DNA of 34,947 bases from a virus: the UHGV virus genome UHGV-0162383; one strand, written 5' to 3'. The notes beneath the pieces were generated by a model. It had not been told where the DNA came from, made no database searches, and saw nothing but the letters and a program-made list of their open reading frames with translations. A program made the position numbers and the translations under genes. This document shows, piece by piece, positions 18,129-27,983 of this stretch; position 1 is the first letter of the stretch; each line of letters starts with the position of its first letter.

Positions 18129-18779
18129 ATGAGCCTGAGTCCCGCACGGCAGCATCGCCTGCGCGTTCAGGCTGAACAGGCCGCTCGCGAGGGTGGCAGT
18201 GTTCGCCACGCGTCGGGCTATGACCTGATGCTGCTGCAACTGGCGGAAGACCGCCGCCGTCTCAAGGGCGTTCAGTCCACGGTCAAAAAAGCGGAAATCA
18301 AGGTGGAACTGCTGCCGAAATACGCCGCCTGGGCAGAGGGTGTCCTGGCTGGCGGAGGCGCGCAACAGGATGACGTGCTGATGTACGTGATGCTGTGGCG
18401 CATTGATGCCGGAGATTATGCCGGGGCGCTGGAGATCGGGCGTCACGCCCTGCGTCATGGCTGGGTGATGCCGTTGGGTAACCGCAACGTGCAGACCGTG
18501 CTGGCAGAGGAAATGGCAGACGCGGCGCAGAGCGCAATGCTTGCCGCCACCGGCTTTGATGCTGATCTGTTGCTGCAGACGCTGGAGCTGACAGACGGTC
18601 TGGATATGCCGGACCAGTCACGGGCACGTCTGCATAAAGCGATTGGCGCTGTCCTGAGTGAAAGCAATCCGGCTTCCGCCCTTAATCATCTCAACCATGC
18701 GTTACAGCTCGATCCCCGCTGTGGCGTGAAAAAAGACAAACAGCAGCTGGAGCGCAGACTGCGCAATGACAGCCGCTGA
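18129..18779 (+). CDS. M: Terminase small (endonuclease) subunit, P2 gpM family
   Basis: 216 aa; position immediately after the major capsid gene as in P2. Confidence 0.8.
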   Translation: MSLSPARQHRLRVQAEQAAREGGSVRHASGYDLMLLQLAEDRRRLKGVQSTVKKAEIKVELLPKYAAWAEGVLAGGGAQQDDVLMYVMLWRIDAGDYAGALEIGRHALRHGWVMPLGNRNVQTVLAEEMADAAQSAMLAATGFDADLLLQTLELTDGLDMPDQSRARLHKAIGAVLSESNPASALNHLNHALQLDPRCGVKKDKQQLERRLRNDSR

Positions 18780-18874
18780 CAGAACGTGCCCCCGCGCACG
18801 GGCGGCACGGGGTGGCGAAAGGCACTGCCACATCAAAACCCCGTCCACCGCCCTTTATTTCAGGAGAAAGCAGC

Positions 18875-19339
18875 ATGAAGTTTGTTGCGCCAGAACAGGC
18901 ACCGGAACAGGCGGGAATCATCAGAAATACGCCGTTCTGGCCTGATGTGGACCTGTCGGAGTTTCGCAGTGTGATGCGCACTGACGGCACGGTGACGCAG
19001 CCGCGTTTAAAACAGGTTGCCCTGTCGGCAATTTCGGAGGTCAACGCAGAGCTGTATGAGTTTCGCAGACGCCAGCAGATGCTGGGATATGCCTCGCTGG
19101 CAGAGGTTCCGGCAGAACAGCTGGATGGGAAAAGTGAGCGCATTCAGCACTATTTCAACGCGGTTTACTGCTGGGCACGCGCCATGCTCAACGAACGTTA
19201 CCAGGACTATGACGCCACGGCATCCGGTGTGAAGCGGGGCGAGGAACTGGCGGAAGCCAGCGGTGATTTATGGCGTGACGCCCGCTGGGCCATCAGCCGG
19301 GTACAGGATGCGCCGCACTGCACTGTGGAGCTTATCTGA
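18875..19339 (+). CDS. L: Head completion/stabilisation protein, P2 gpL family
   Basis: 154 aa from ATG 18875 (AGGAGA RBS); synteny with P2 L. Confidence 0.75.
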   Translation: MKFVAPEQAPEQAGIIRNTPFWPDVDLSEFRSVMRTDGTVTQPRLKQVALSAISEVNAELYEFRRRQQMLGYASLAEVPAEQLDGKSERIQHYFNAVYCWARAMLNERYQDYDATASGVKRGEELAEASGDLWRDARWAISRVQDAPHCTVELI

Positions 19340-19542
19340 TGAAAGTGCGTGCGCATCAGTATGACACGGTGGACGCGCTTTGCTGGCGTCATTACGGGCG
19401 CACGCAGGGTGTCACGGAGCAGGTACTGAAGGCAAATCCGGGGCTTGCCGAATACGGCCCCTTTTTACCTCACGGGCTGCAGGTGGAGCTGCCGGACATT
19501 CCGACAACCACCACCGTGCAGACCGTCCAGCTATGGGACTGA
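19339..19542 (+). CDS. X: Tail protein X (P2 gpX family, LysM-like)
   Basis: 67 aa; ATGA overlap with the L stop; synteny. Confidence 0.7.
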   Translation: MKVRAHQYDTVDALCWRHYGRTQGVTEQVLKANPGLAEYGPFLPHGLQVELPDIPTTTTVQTVQLWD

Positions 19543-19545
19543 ATT

Positions 19546-19761
19546 ATGACGCTTGAGCGAATCAGCGCCTTTATCACGTATTGCATCGCCGTCGTGCTGG
19601 CCTGGCTGGGCGATTTGTCCATCAAGGATGCCTCAACGCTGGGCGGCCTGATGATCGGTGTGCTGATGCTGGCTATCAACTGGTACTACAAACACAAAGC
19701 CTACCAGCTTCTGCGCGACGGGCAGATCACGCGGGAGGACTATGAATCCATCAATCGTTAA
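19546..19761 (+). CDS. Holin
   Basis: 71 aa with one or two hydrophobic helices and a charged C-terminus; directly upstream of the endolysin. Confidence 0.55.
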   Translation: MTLERISAFITYCIAVVLAWLGDLSIKDASTLGGLMIGVLMLAINWYYKHKAYQLLRDGQITREDYESINR

Positions 19762-20254
19762 ACGCTGCCTTGTCGGGGTCGTGCTGGCTATTGCTGCCAC
19801 GCTGCCGGGTTTTCAGCAGCTTCACACCTCCGTGGAGGGACTGAAACTGATTGCCGATTACGAAGGCTGTCGTCTGCAGCCGTATCAGTGCAGCGCGGGT
19901 GTCTGGACCGACGGCATTGGTAATACATCGGGCGTCATTCCCGGCAAAACAATCACGGAACGACAGGCAGCAGAAGGGCTGATCTCCAACGTGCTGCGTG
20001 TGGAGCGGGCACTGGAAAGGTGTGTGAAGCAACAGCCACCACAGAAGGTGTATGACGCTACGGTGTCGTTTGCCTTCAACGTGGGGACGGGCAATGCCTG
20101 TAGTTCCACGCTGGTGAAATTGCTCAATCAGCGGCGCTGGGCGGATGCGTGCCGACAGTTGCCGCGCTGGGTTTATGTAAAAGGTGTGTTTAATCAGGGG
20201 CTGGATAACCGCCGTGCGCGGGAGATGGCCTGGTGTTTACAGGGAGCAAACTGA
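19742..20254 (+). CDS. Endolysin (phage lysozyme) with N-terminal signal-anchor-like hydrophobic segment
   Basis: 170 aa; hydrophobic N-terminus (CLVGVVLAIAATLPGF) followed by a lysozyme-like segment (EGLKLIADYEGCRLQPYQC..GVWTDGIGNT). Confidence 0.8.
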   Translation: MNPSIVKRCLVGVVLAIAATLPGFQQLHTSVEGLKLIADYEGCRLQPYQCSAGVWTDGIGNTSGVIPGKTITERQAAEGLISNVLRVERALERCVKQQPPQKVYDATVSFAFNVGTGNACSSTLVKLLNQRRWADACRQLPRWVYVKGVFNQGLDNRRAREMAWCLQGAN

Positions 20255-20256
20255 AA

Positions 20257-20633
20257 TGAAAAAGAAATTAATCAGCGGACTGCTTCTGATGTTATGGATG
20301 GCGCTGTTAATCGCAGCAATGGTGTATCCGCAGGGGATCTTTCCGGTACTGGCAGCGTCCGGCGTTTGGGTAGCCTGTTTGCTGACATGGGCGGTAATTC
20401 CGGTAGCACTGGCTGCGTTAATTCAGAATGGCCCGCTCTGGCAGGAGTTAAGGGCATCTTTGCTGAAGACAATTACCCGAAAAGAATACGTATTTATCAG
20501 TTGGGTGATGCGATTGCTGATTGTTGTAAGTCTCGCATGGACGGGGTGGGCTATTACCCAGGTCTTTTATCTACTGACCGTTATTGCCTTCTGGATCACC
20601 CGTAATCAGATGGCGCAACAGGTAGCAGCATGA
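20257..20633 (+). CDS. lysA: LysA-like membrane protein (lysis timing)
   Basis: 125 aa, multiple hydrophobic helices; position after the endolysin as P2 lysA. Confidence 0.5.
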
Positions 20634-21058
20634 ACCGGTTGCTGCTGGTTGTGCTGGCGTTATTACTAGCGGCGCTGGGCTGGCAGACGTGGCGGCTGGC
20701 TGATGCCAGCCAGACCATCAGCACGCAGGCAAACGAGCTGCAGAGCAAAAGCCAGGCACTGGCAAAGAGCAACAGCCAGCTTATCAGCCTGTCCATTCTG
20801 ACTGAAACCAATAACCGGGAGCAGGCGCGGCTCTATGCCGAAGCAGAACAGACCAGCGCACAGCTGAGACAACGACAACGCCGGATCGAGGAACTGAAAC
20901 GTGAGAACGAGGATTTACGCCACTGGGCTGATACTCCTTTGCCTGCTGACATTATCCGGCTGCGGGAACGTCCGGCACTCACCGGAGGTACGGCTTACCG
21001 TCAGTGGTTGTCCGCGAGTGACGCCGTGTCGGCTGGATCAGGCAACGCCGCGCACTAA
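20630..21058 (+). CDS. lysB: LysB, Rz-like inner-membrane spanin
   Basis: 142 aa; N-terminal TM helix then coiled-coil/charged periplasmic domain; ATGA overlap with lysA. Confidence 0.6.
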   Translation: MNRLLLVVLALLLAALGWQTWRLADASQTISTQANELQSKSQALAKSNSQLISLSILTETNNREQARLYAEAEQTSAQLRQRQRRIEELKRENEDLRHWADTPLPADIIRLRERPALTGGTAYRQWLSASDAVSAGSGNAAH

Positions 21059-21191
21059 TGGAGATCTGAACGCGTTGCTGGATGAAACGGAGGCTGCCTG
21101 GGCGGTCTGTGCAGACAAAGTGGACATGATTATTGCGTGTCAGGAGCGAAACAGTGAACAAACCACAATCCCTGCGCCACGCCCTCAATAA
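20901..21191 (+). CDS. lysC: LysC, Rz1-like outer-membrane lipoprotein spanin, overlapping the lysB 3' end in another frame
   Basis: 96 aa; lipobox LTLSGC after a hydrophobic signal peptide; Pro-rich mature region; embedded/overlapping arrangement typical of Rz/Rz1. Confidence 0.6.
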   Translation: MRTRIYATGLILLCLLTLSGCGNVRHSPEVRLTVSGCPRVTPCRLDQATPRTNGDLNALLDETEAAWAVCADKVDMIIACQERNSEQTTIPAPRPQ

Positions 21192-21585
21192 AGCGGTGCC
21201 TTATGTCCGCAATAACCCGGACAAACTGCATCTGTTTGTGGATAACGGTTCGCTGGTTGCCACGGGGGCCAGCTCCATGTCGTGGGAGTACCGTTACACC
21301 CTGAACGCGGTGATTGAGGATTTCAGCGGCGACCAGAATCTGCTGATGGCCCCGGTTTTGCTGTGGCTGAGGGATAACCAGCCCGATGCCATCAATAACC
21401 CGGCGTTACGGGAAAAACTATTCACCTTTGAGGTGGATATTCTGCGCAACGATGTCTGTGATATCAGCCTGAACCTGCAACTGACGGAGCGTGTGCTGGT
21501 CAGCACTGACGGCAGTGTGTCGAGCGTTGAAGCTGTAGCGGAACCTGATGAACCTGAAGAAATGTGGACGGTGAAACGTGGCTGA
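21154..21585 (+). CDS. R: Tail completion protein R (P2 gpR family)
   Basis: GTG 21154 with AGGAG 7 nt upstream; motifs LFVDNGS...YRYTLN...PVLLWLRDNQPD match my recollection of P2 R; the six-frame ORF begins at 21133. Confidence 0.75.
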   Translation: MNKPQSLRHALNKAVPYVRNNPDKLHLFVDNGSLVATGASSMSWEYRYTLNAVIEDFSGDQNLLMAPVLLWLRDNQPDAINNPALREKLFTFEVDILRNDVCDISLNLQLTERVLVSTDGSVSSVEAVAEPDEPEEMWTVKRG

Positions 21586-22024
21586 ACTGCAGAAAGTGGA
21601 CGACTGGCTGAGTGCCTTGCTGGCGAATCTGGAACCAGCCGCAAGAAGCCGCATGATGCGCCAGCTGGCGCAGGAACTGCGCCGGACACAGCAGCAGAAT
21701 ATCAGAATGCAGCGCAATCCAGATGGCAGCAGTTATGAACCTCGACGGGTAACAGCACGCAGTAAAAAGGGGCGCATCAAACGTCAGATGTTTGCAAAGC
21801 TGCGCACCACAAAATACCTGAAAACTGCCGCCAGCGCCGACTCTGCCAGCGTACAGTTTGAAGGCAAGGTGCAGCGTATTGCCCGTGTTCACCATTACGG
21901 CCTGCGTGATCGCGTCAGTCGCAAAGGACCGGAGGTCCGTTACGCAGAGCGCCGCCTGCTGGGTGTAAATGATGATGTTGAGGCAATGACCCGCGACATG
22001 ATTCTGCAATGGCTGGCGGGGTGA
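21578..22024 (+). CDS. S: Tail completion protein S (P2 gpS family)
   Basis: 148 aa; overlaps the R stop; synteny. Confidence 0.7.
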   Translation: MAELQKVDDWLSALLANLEPAARSRMMRQLAQELRRTQQQNIRMQRNPDGSSYEPRRVTARSKKGRIKRQMFAKLRTTKYLKTAASADSASVQFEGKVQRIARVHHYGLRDRVSRKGPEVRYAERRLLGVNDDVEAMTRDMILQWLAG

Positions 22025-22028
22025 TCTT

Positions 22029-22046
22029 TGTATCAGCACTGATACA
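22029..22046. promoter_or_regulatory. TGT-N12-ACA dyad (late-activator site) upstream of V
   Basis: Near-perfect palindrome TGTATCAGCACTGATACA in the S-V intergenic region; matches the conserved late-promoter element of P2-like phages. Confidence 0.5.
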
Positions 22047-22092
22047 AGTTGCAGCACTGCCGCCTTTCTTCCCCTGATGGCAACCTTTCCCT

Positions 22093-22671
22093 ATGAACGC
22101 ACAATTAACCGAAATCATGCGCCTTATCACCAACCTGATTCGCACAGGGGTAGTCACCGAAGTGGACAGGGAAAACTGGCTTTGCCGGGTGAAAACGGGC
22201 GAGCTTGAAACCAACTGGATTAGCTGGCTGACGCTGCGTGCCGGGAATGCCCGCACATGGTGGCGACCATCGGAAGGTGAGCAGGTGGTGCTGCTGAGTC
22301 TGGGCGGCAATCTGGAAACCGCCTTTGCGCTGCCCGCTGTCTATTCGAATCAGTTCGCACCACCGTCGACGTCGGCGGACGCCTGCGTGACAGAACATCC
22401 TGACGGTGGCTGGTTTGAATACGAACCCGCCACCGGGCGCTGGTATGTCAGGGGCATCAAATCAATGGTCATTGAGGCCGCTGACAACATCACCATGAAA
22501 ACCAGTGAGTTTGTACTGGAGGCTGACCGCACGCGCATTAACAGCGAAGTGGTGATCAATGGTGGCGTTACCCAGGGCGGCGGAGCGATGAGTTCTAACG
22601 GGATCGTGGTTGATGCGCATCAGCATACTGGCGTCCTGAAAGGCGGCGATACAACCGGAGGCCCGGTATGA
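22093..22671 (+). CDS. V: Baseplate spike/hub protein V (P2 gpV family)
   Basis: 192 aa; WLTLRAGNARTWWRPSEGEQVVLLSLGG and C-terminal HQHTG motifs match my recollection of P2 V. Confidence 0.85.
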   Translation: MNAQLTEIMRLITNLIRTGVVTEVDRENWLCRVKTGELETNWISWLTLRAGNARTWWRPSEGEQVVLLSLGGNLETAFALPAVYSNQFAPPSTSADACVTEHPDGGWFEYEPATGRWYVRGIKSMVIEAADNITMKTSEFVLEADRTRINSEVVINGGVTQGGGAMSSNGIVVDAHQHTGVLKGGDTTGGPV

Positions 22672-23027
22672 CGCTTTATAGCGGGATGAACAATACCAGC
22701 GGTAAAGCCATTACTGATATTGACCATCTGCGTCAGTCGGTGCGGGACATTCTACTGACACCGCAGGGTAGCCGCATTGCCCGTCGTGAATATGGTTCCC
22801 TGCTGTCGACACTGATAGACCAGCCACAAAATCCGGCATTACGCCTGCAGGTCATGTCGGCAGTGTATGTGGCGCTGAGTCGCTGGGAGCCACGGCTGAC
22901 GCTGGATTCCATCACCATTAAAAGCAATTTTGACGGTTCAATGGTGGTGGGGCTGACCGGGCGGCGTAATAACGGTGTGCCTGTTTCCCTTTCCGTATCA
23001 ACAGGAGCAGAGAATGGCAGTGATTGA
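22668..23027 (+). CDS. W: Baseplate wedge protein W (gp25-like)
   Basis: 119 aa; synteny; ATGA overlap with V. Confidence 0.8.
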   Translation: MTLYSGMNNTSGKAITDIDHLRQSVRDILLTPQGSRIARREYGSLLSTLIDQPQNPALRLQVMSAVYVALSRWEPRLTLDSITIKSNFDGSMVVGLTGRRNNGVPVSLSVSTGAENGSD

Positions 23028-23922
23028 CCTTTCGCAGTTGCCTGCGCCGCAGATTGTGGATGTGCCGGACTTTGAGACGCTGCTTGCCGAACGCAAGGCA
23101 GAATTTGTGGCGCTTCATCCGAAAGATGAGCAGGAAGCAGTAATGCGTACGCTGGAGCTTGAATCTGAACCCGTCACCAAATTGCTGCAGGAGAACGCTT
23201 ACCGTGAGTTGCTTCTGCGCCAGCGCATTAACGAAGCCGCGCAGGCTGTGATGGTGGCTTACGCGATGGGCGGCGATCTTGACCAGCTCGCTGCCAACTA
23301 CAACGTGACACGCCTGACGGTGACGCCTGCTGATAATGATGCTGTGCCGCCCGTTGCAGCTGTGATGGAAAGCGATGAAGCGTTACGCCTGCGTGTGCCT
23401 GCAGCCTTTGAAGGGCTTTCTGTTGCGGGGCCAACTGCAGCTTATGAATTTCATGCCCGAAGCGCCGACGGTCGGGTGGCGGATGCCAGTGCAACCAGCC
23501 CGGCACCTGCAGAGGTGGTACTGACTGTCCTGAGTCGTGAAGGCGACGGAACAGCAGAAAAAGACTTGCTGGATGTGGTGGAGAAAGCCCTGAACAGTGA
23601 GAACGTCCGCCCGGTGGCTGACCGTCTGACGGTTCGCAGCGCAGAAATCATCCCGTACCGTGTGGAAGCTACCATTTTTCTTTATCCGGGACCGGAAGCA
23701 GAGCCGGTAATGGCAGCGGCAAAAGTCAGCCTGCAGAGGTACATCGCCAGTCAGACGCGGCTGGGTCGGGATATTCGCCGTAGCGCCATTTTTGCCGCCC
23801 TGCATGTTGAGGGTGTGCAGCGTGTGGAACTGGCTTCTCCGCTGGCGGATGTGGTCCTGAACAAAACACAGGCGGCATCATGTACGCAGTGGAGCGTAAC
23901 CAACGGAGGAACGGATGAATAG
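23014..23922 (+). CDS. J: Baseplate protein J
   Basis: 302 aa from ATG 23014 (AGGAGCAGAGA before ATG); synteny with P2 J. Confidence 0.85.
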   Translation: MAVIDLSQLPAPQIVDVPDFETLLAERKAEFVALHPKDEQEAVMRTLELESEPVTKLLQENAYRELLLRQRINEAAQAVMVAYAMGGDLDQLAANYNVTRLTVTPADNDAVPPVAAVMESDEALRLRVPAAFEGLSVAGPTAAYEFHARSADGRVADASATSPAPAEVVLTVLSREGDGTAEKDLLDVVEKALNSENVRPVADRLTVRSAEIIPYRVEATIFLYPGPEAEPVMAAAKVSLQRYIASQTRLGRDIRRSAIFAALHVEGVQRVELASPLADVVLNKTQAASCTQWSVTNGGTDE

Positions 23923-24520
23923 TCTGCTGCCACCGGGTTCAACGCCACTGGAGCGCCGACTGGCACAAACCTGCAGCGGGATTTCTGATTTGCAGGTGCC
24001 GCTACGTGACTTGTGGAATCCGGCGACCTGTCCGGTCAGTTTCCTGCCTTATCTCGCCTGGGCGTTCTCTGTGGATCGCTGGGACGAGGGCTGGACAGAA
24101 AGCGTCAAGCGCCAGGTGGTGAAGGATGCTTTTTATATTCATCAGCATAAAGGAACCACCAGTGCCGTGCGGCGGGTGGTGGAGCCGTTCGGCTTCCTGA
24201 TCCGCATTATTGAGTGGTGGCAGACCGGAGAAACACCGGGCACGTTTCGCCTGGATATCGGCGTGCAGGACCAGGGCATCACTGAAGATACCTATCTGGA
24301 ACTTGAGCGACTGATAAGCGATGCCAAACCATGTAGCCGTCACATGATCGGCATGTCTATCAATCTGCAGACCAGCGGCCCGCATTGGGTGGGAGCCGCC
24401 AGCTATCTTGGCGAAGAAATCACGATCTATCCGTATATCAACGAAACAATTATTTCCGGCGGCACCGCGCATGAAGGCGGGGCGGTCCATGTTATTGACA
24501 CAATGAGAGTGAATCCATGA
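23915..24520 (+). CDS. I: Baseplate/tail protein I
   Basis: 201 aa; synteny with P2 I. Confidence 0.8.
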   Translation: MNSLLPPGSTPLERRLAQTCSGISDLQVPLRDLWNPATCPVSFLPYLAWAFSVDRWDEGWTESVKRQVVKDAFYIHQHKGTTSAVRRVVEPFGFLIRIIEWWQTGETPGTFRLDIGVQDQGITEDTYLELERLISDAKPCSRHMIGMSINLQTSGPHWVGAASYLGEEITIYPYINETIISGGTAHEGGAVHVIDTMRVNP

Positions 24521-25938
24521 GCACAAAATTTTATACCCTGCTGACGGATATTGGCGCGGCGAAACTTGCCAGCGCCGCCGCGCTCGGTGTGCCTTTAAAA
24601 ATTACCCATATGGCAGTCGGCGATGGCGGCGGAATATTGCCAACGCCGGACGCAAAGCAGACAGCACTGGTAAATGAGAAACGCCGGGCTGCGCTGAATA
24701 TGCTCTATATCGACCCGCAGAACAGCAGCCAGATTATTGCCGAACAGGTGATCCCTGAAAATGAGGGCGGTTGGTGGATCCGTGAAGTGGGCCTGTTTGA
24801 TGAGTCCGGGGCATTGATTGCCGTGGGTAACTGCCCGGAAAGCTATAAGCCGCAACTGGCTGAAGGCAGCGGGCGCACCCAGACCGTGCGCATGGTGCTG
24901 ATTACCAGCAGCACGGACAATATCACCCTGAAAATCGACCCTGCCGTCGTGCTGGCAACCCGCAAGTATGTGGATGACAAGGTACTGGAGCTGAAGGTGT
25001 TCGTGGATGATAAGATGGCAAAACATCTTGCCGCACCGGACCCGCATTCACAGTATGCACCCAAAGAAAGCCCGACATTGACCGGAACACCCAAAGCGCC
25101 AACGCCAGCGGAGGGGAATAACACCACGCAGATTGCGACCACCGCGTTTGTTCAGGCCGCTATTACTGCTCTGATTAACGGTGCGCCAGCCACGCTGGAC
25201 ACACTGAAAGAAATTGCCGCAGCCATTAACAATGACCCGAAATTCAGTACCACCATTAACAATGCGCTGGCACTAAAAGCACCGCTGTTGAGTCCGGCAC
25301 TCACCGGAACGCCAACAGCACCTACTGCGGCACAGTCGGTTAACAATACACAGATTGCCACCACGGCTTTTGTGAAATCGGCAATTGCGGCAATGGTGGG
25401 GTCTGCACCTGCTGCACTGGATACACTGAACGAACTGGCTGCGGCGCTGGGGAATGACCCGAACTTTGCCACGACAATGCTTAATGCACTGGCAGGTAAA
25501 CAACCGCTGGACAATACGCTGACTAATTTGAGTGGAAAGGATGTAGCTGGTCTTCTCACATACCTTGGTTTGGGAGAAGCGGCAAAACGAAATGTGGGAA
25601 CAGGGGAAAATCAGATACCGGACATGGCTTCATTTAGTGGGGTGAGGGATTATTACGGAAAACAACTTTTGCCAGGAGGGTTGATACTTCAGTGGCTGAC
25701 GATTCCATCAAGTGCAGCAGCCAAAGCTGTAACACTGAATAATGGTAATTATCAGCTGTCAGGCTATAAATGGCCCCAGTCATTTGGTGTCCTGTTTGCT
25801 GTGTTTGCTACAAAAGTTTCTGGCTCGACTAACGAAGCATATGCAATCTCAGTTAATCGTCACTCTACCGATGTAATTGTCACCTGGAATGCCCGTAAGG
25901 CTGATGATGTCCACATTTTAGGAATTGGGAAATTATGA
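24517..25938 (+). CDS. H: Tail fibre protein H (current orientation); constant N-terminal part fused to variable C-terminal part
   Basis: 473 aa; N-terminus [39 protein letters not shown] typical of P2-like H; two internal ~70-aa repeats; recombination site within the gene at 25553-25578. Confidence 0.85.
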   Translation: MSTKFYTLLTDIGAAKLASAAALGVPLKITHMAVGDGGGILPTPDAKQTALVNEKRRAALNMLYIDPQNSSQIIAEQVIPENEGGWWIREVGLFDESGALIAVGNCPESYKPQLAEGSGRTQTVRMVLITSSTDNITLKIDPAVVLATRKYVDDKVLELKVFVDDKMAKHLAAPDPHSQYAPKESPTLTGTPKAPTPAEGNNTTQIATTAFVQAAITALINGAPATLDTLKEIAAAINNDPKFSTTINNALALKAPLLSPALTGTPTAPTAAQSVNNTQIATTAFVKSAIAAMVGSAPAALDTLNELAAALGNDPNFATTMLNALAGKQPLDNTLTNLSGKDVAGLLTYLGLGEAAKRNVGTGENQIPDMASFSGVRDYYGKQLLPGGLILQWLTIPSSAAAKAVTLNNGNYQLSGYKWPQSFGVLFAVFATKVSGSTNEAYAISVNRHSTDVIVTWNARKADDVHILGIGKL

Positions 25939-26354
25939 AAATGAAATGGTCCCCATCTGTTCAGGGATTTTTCTCTGAAAATAACAGCGATATTCCCGAT
26001 GATGCTTTCGATATTGAAGATGCTCTTTATTATGAACTTATGAATGGTCAGAGTACGGGGAAAATTATTATCAATAACCCGGATAACTACCCTGTACTTA
26101 CTGAATATCCAGCGAAGACACAGGAACAGGAAATAGCTGAAGCGGAGGGAATGAAAAGTATACTTATTGAACAGGCCAACGAATACATGAACAGTAAGCA
26201 ATGGCCTGGTAAAGCCGCTATTGGTCGTCTGAAAGGTGAGGAACTGGCGCAATATAATTTGTGGCTGGATTACCTGGACGCACTGGAACTGGTCGATACT
26301 TCCGGTGCGCCAGATATTGAATGGCCTACGCCTCCGGCAGTTCAGGCCAGATGA
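25935..26354 (+). CDS. G: Tail fibre assembly chaperone G (current orientation)
   Basis: 139 aa immediately downstream of H with ATGA overlap; typical tail-fibre-assembly position. Confidence 0.7.
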   Translation: MKMKWSPSVQGFFSENNSDIPDDAFDIEDALYYELMNGQSTGKIIINNPDNYPVLTEYPAKTQEQEIAEAEGMKSILIEQANEYMNSKQWPGKAAIGRLKGEELAQYNLWLDYLDALELVDTSGAPDIEWPTPPAVQAR

Positions 26355-26589
26355 CGTCCGACGCGGTGCTGGTATCTGATTCCATCACCGCGTCGATATT
26401 ACCAACATCATATTCAGTCATTTCCGGTTCCGGTAGTGCTATAAACTCTCCGTCAGAATAGAACCAACCGACGCCTGCATCTATATGATCAATATTTATA
26501 ATTTCGCAGTTAGAGAATAAATCACCCTCTCCATCCCAGATAATAATATTTTTCACCACGCCATGTTCAATCAGAGCAAAATTACTCAT
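26326..26589 (-). CDS. Alternative tail fibre assembly/chaperone gene, inverted orientation (used after segment inversion)
   Basis: 87 aa ORF on the opposite strand inside the invertible segment, immediately downstream of the alternative fibre tip ORF. Confidence 0.5.
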   Translation of the reverse strand: MSNFALIEHGVVKNIIIWDGEGDLFSNCEIINIDHIDAGVGWFYSDGEFIALPEPEMTEYDVGNIDAVMESDTSTASDVIWPELPEA

Positions 26590-27282
26590 CAGGCATACTC
26601 CTCAACAATAACTATTCCCGGGGCACCGTCACCTCCCGATTGAGCCTCACTTCCGGCAGATGCGCAGGCTCCGCCTCCGCCAGCACCAAAGCCCTCAGCT
26701 TTACCACCACCACGTCCGCTGAATGATGAAGAACTTGCACCACCTATACCGCCTGAACCTAGTGGTGTATCCCCCCCGGTACCACCTGCAACAGCTTTAA
26801 CAGAGATAACCATTGCTCCTGGTGTTTTTGCACTACAGCGAAATGCTCTTAGTACAGTACCGGACGATGTCGGACTGGCACCCCATGAAATACCCTGAAT
26901 ATATGATGTGTTTGCAGATGCTCCCCCCGCGCCACCGCCTGTACCACCCGGTGCAGTTATCAGGGAACCGAAATAAGTTGTGCCACCTTCACTACCTGAA
27001 TTTCTTCCGGCTCCCCCCCCTTTACCTGCAGCACCGATAATAACGTTGACTTCGAAATCATTATCAACCTCGAAAAATGCTTCAATAAATGCACCGCTCA
27101 ATCCAGCTCCGGCTGTTGCCTGCTGATTTTCTGTTGTTTCAGGAACCCCACCGCCGCCGCCACCGCCACCAGAGGCAATGACCCTTATCTTTTTTGTCCC
27201 TGGTGTTGGGATATATTTTCCAGAGCTTTTAAAAATATTCGTGTTTAACAAACGACCAGAGAATCTGGCTTCTCCCAAACCA
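26589..27282 (-). CDS. Alternative tail fibre C-terminal (receptor-binding) segment, glycine-rich; no own start, expressed only after inversion
   Basis: Open frame on the minus strand runs from the crossover site to 26589; Gly-rich tracts (GGGGGGGG, GGTGGGAGG); shares the site-encoded GLGEA residues with the current H junction. Confidence 0.65.
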
Positions 27283-27350
27283 ACGTTTATGAAAATGCAG
27301 AGATAACGGCTAACTGGCATCATCTCCGGTTTTTATTCAGGGGAATGATC

Positions 27351-27917
27351 ATGCTTATTGGCTATGTACGCGTGTCAACAAATGACCAGAACACCGATTT
27401 GCAACGCAATGCACTGAACTGTGCGGGATGTGAGCGGATTTTTGAGGATAAAATCAGTGGCACCAAGTCCGACAGACCGGGGCTGAAAAAGCTGCTCAGG
27501 ACACTATCGGCAGGAGACACGCTGGTTGTCTGGAAGCTGGACAGACTGGGGCGCAGTATGCGGCATCTTGTTACGCTGATAGAAGAGCTGCGCCAGCGTG
27601 GCGTAAATTTCCGAAGCCTGACTGACAGTATTGATACCAGCACCCCAATGGGCCGTTTCTTTTTTCATGTCATGGGTGCCCTGGCTGAAATGGAACGCGA
27701 ACTGATAGTTGAACGTACCAGGGCGGGGCTGGCTGCAGCTCGTGCTAAAGGCAGAGTAGGTGGACGCCGTCCTAAGTTGACCAGCGAACAGTGGGCACAG
27801 ATTGGGCGTTTACTCGAGGCCGGAGAATCAAGACAGCGTATTGCACTGATTTTTGATGTAGGCGTTTCTACCATTTATCGAAAATTTCCGGCAAATAAGA
27901 ACAATAAATCTCCCTGA
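27351..27917 (+). CDS. Site-specific DNA invertase, serine recombinase (Hin/Gin/Cin/Pin family)
   Basis: MLIGYVRVSTNDQNTDLQRNAL...VVWKLDRLGRS...DSIDTSTPMGRFFFHVMGALAEMERELIVERT: resolvase/invertase catalytic domain with Ser in YVRVST plus C-terminal HTH; an alternative ATG lies at 27345. Confidence 0.9.
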   Translation: MLIGYVRVSTNDQNTDLQRNALNCAGCERIFEDKISGTKSDRPGLKKLLRTLSAGDTLVVWKLDRLGRSMRHLVTLIEELRQRGVNFRSLTDSIDTSTPMGRFFFHVMGALAEMERELIVERTRAGLAAARAKGRVGGRRPKLTSEQWAQIGRLLEAGESRQRIALIFDVGVSTIYRKFPANKNNKSP

Positions 27918-27965
27918 ATCAGCTTTATTTTGATTATCCCTGAAAGCAGACAAATACCGTCATTT

Positions 27966-27983
27966 TGTGTGAATAACGGTACA
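27966..27983. promoter_or_regulatory. TGT-N12-ACA dyad (late-activator site) upstream of the sheath gene
   Basis: TGTgtgaataacggtACA, centre about 85 bp upstream of the FI ATG; very similar to the dyad upstream of O. Confidence 0.5.

Larger units (their letters stand above)
25553..27295. mobile_element. Invertible tail-fibre segment (G/C/P-segment-like) bounded by inverted 26-bp hix/gix-like crossover sites
   Basis: Site A 25553-25578 (ttctcacataccttggtttgggagaa) and site B 27270-27295 (ttctcccaaaccaacgtttatgaaaa) are inverted repeats (22/26 identical after reverse complement) resembling hix/gix; site B abuts the invertase gene; inversion at the site centres would fuse the H constant part in frame to the minus-strand ORF. 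Confidence 0.8.
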
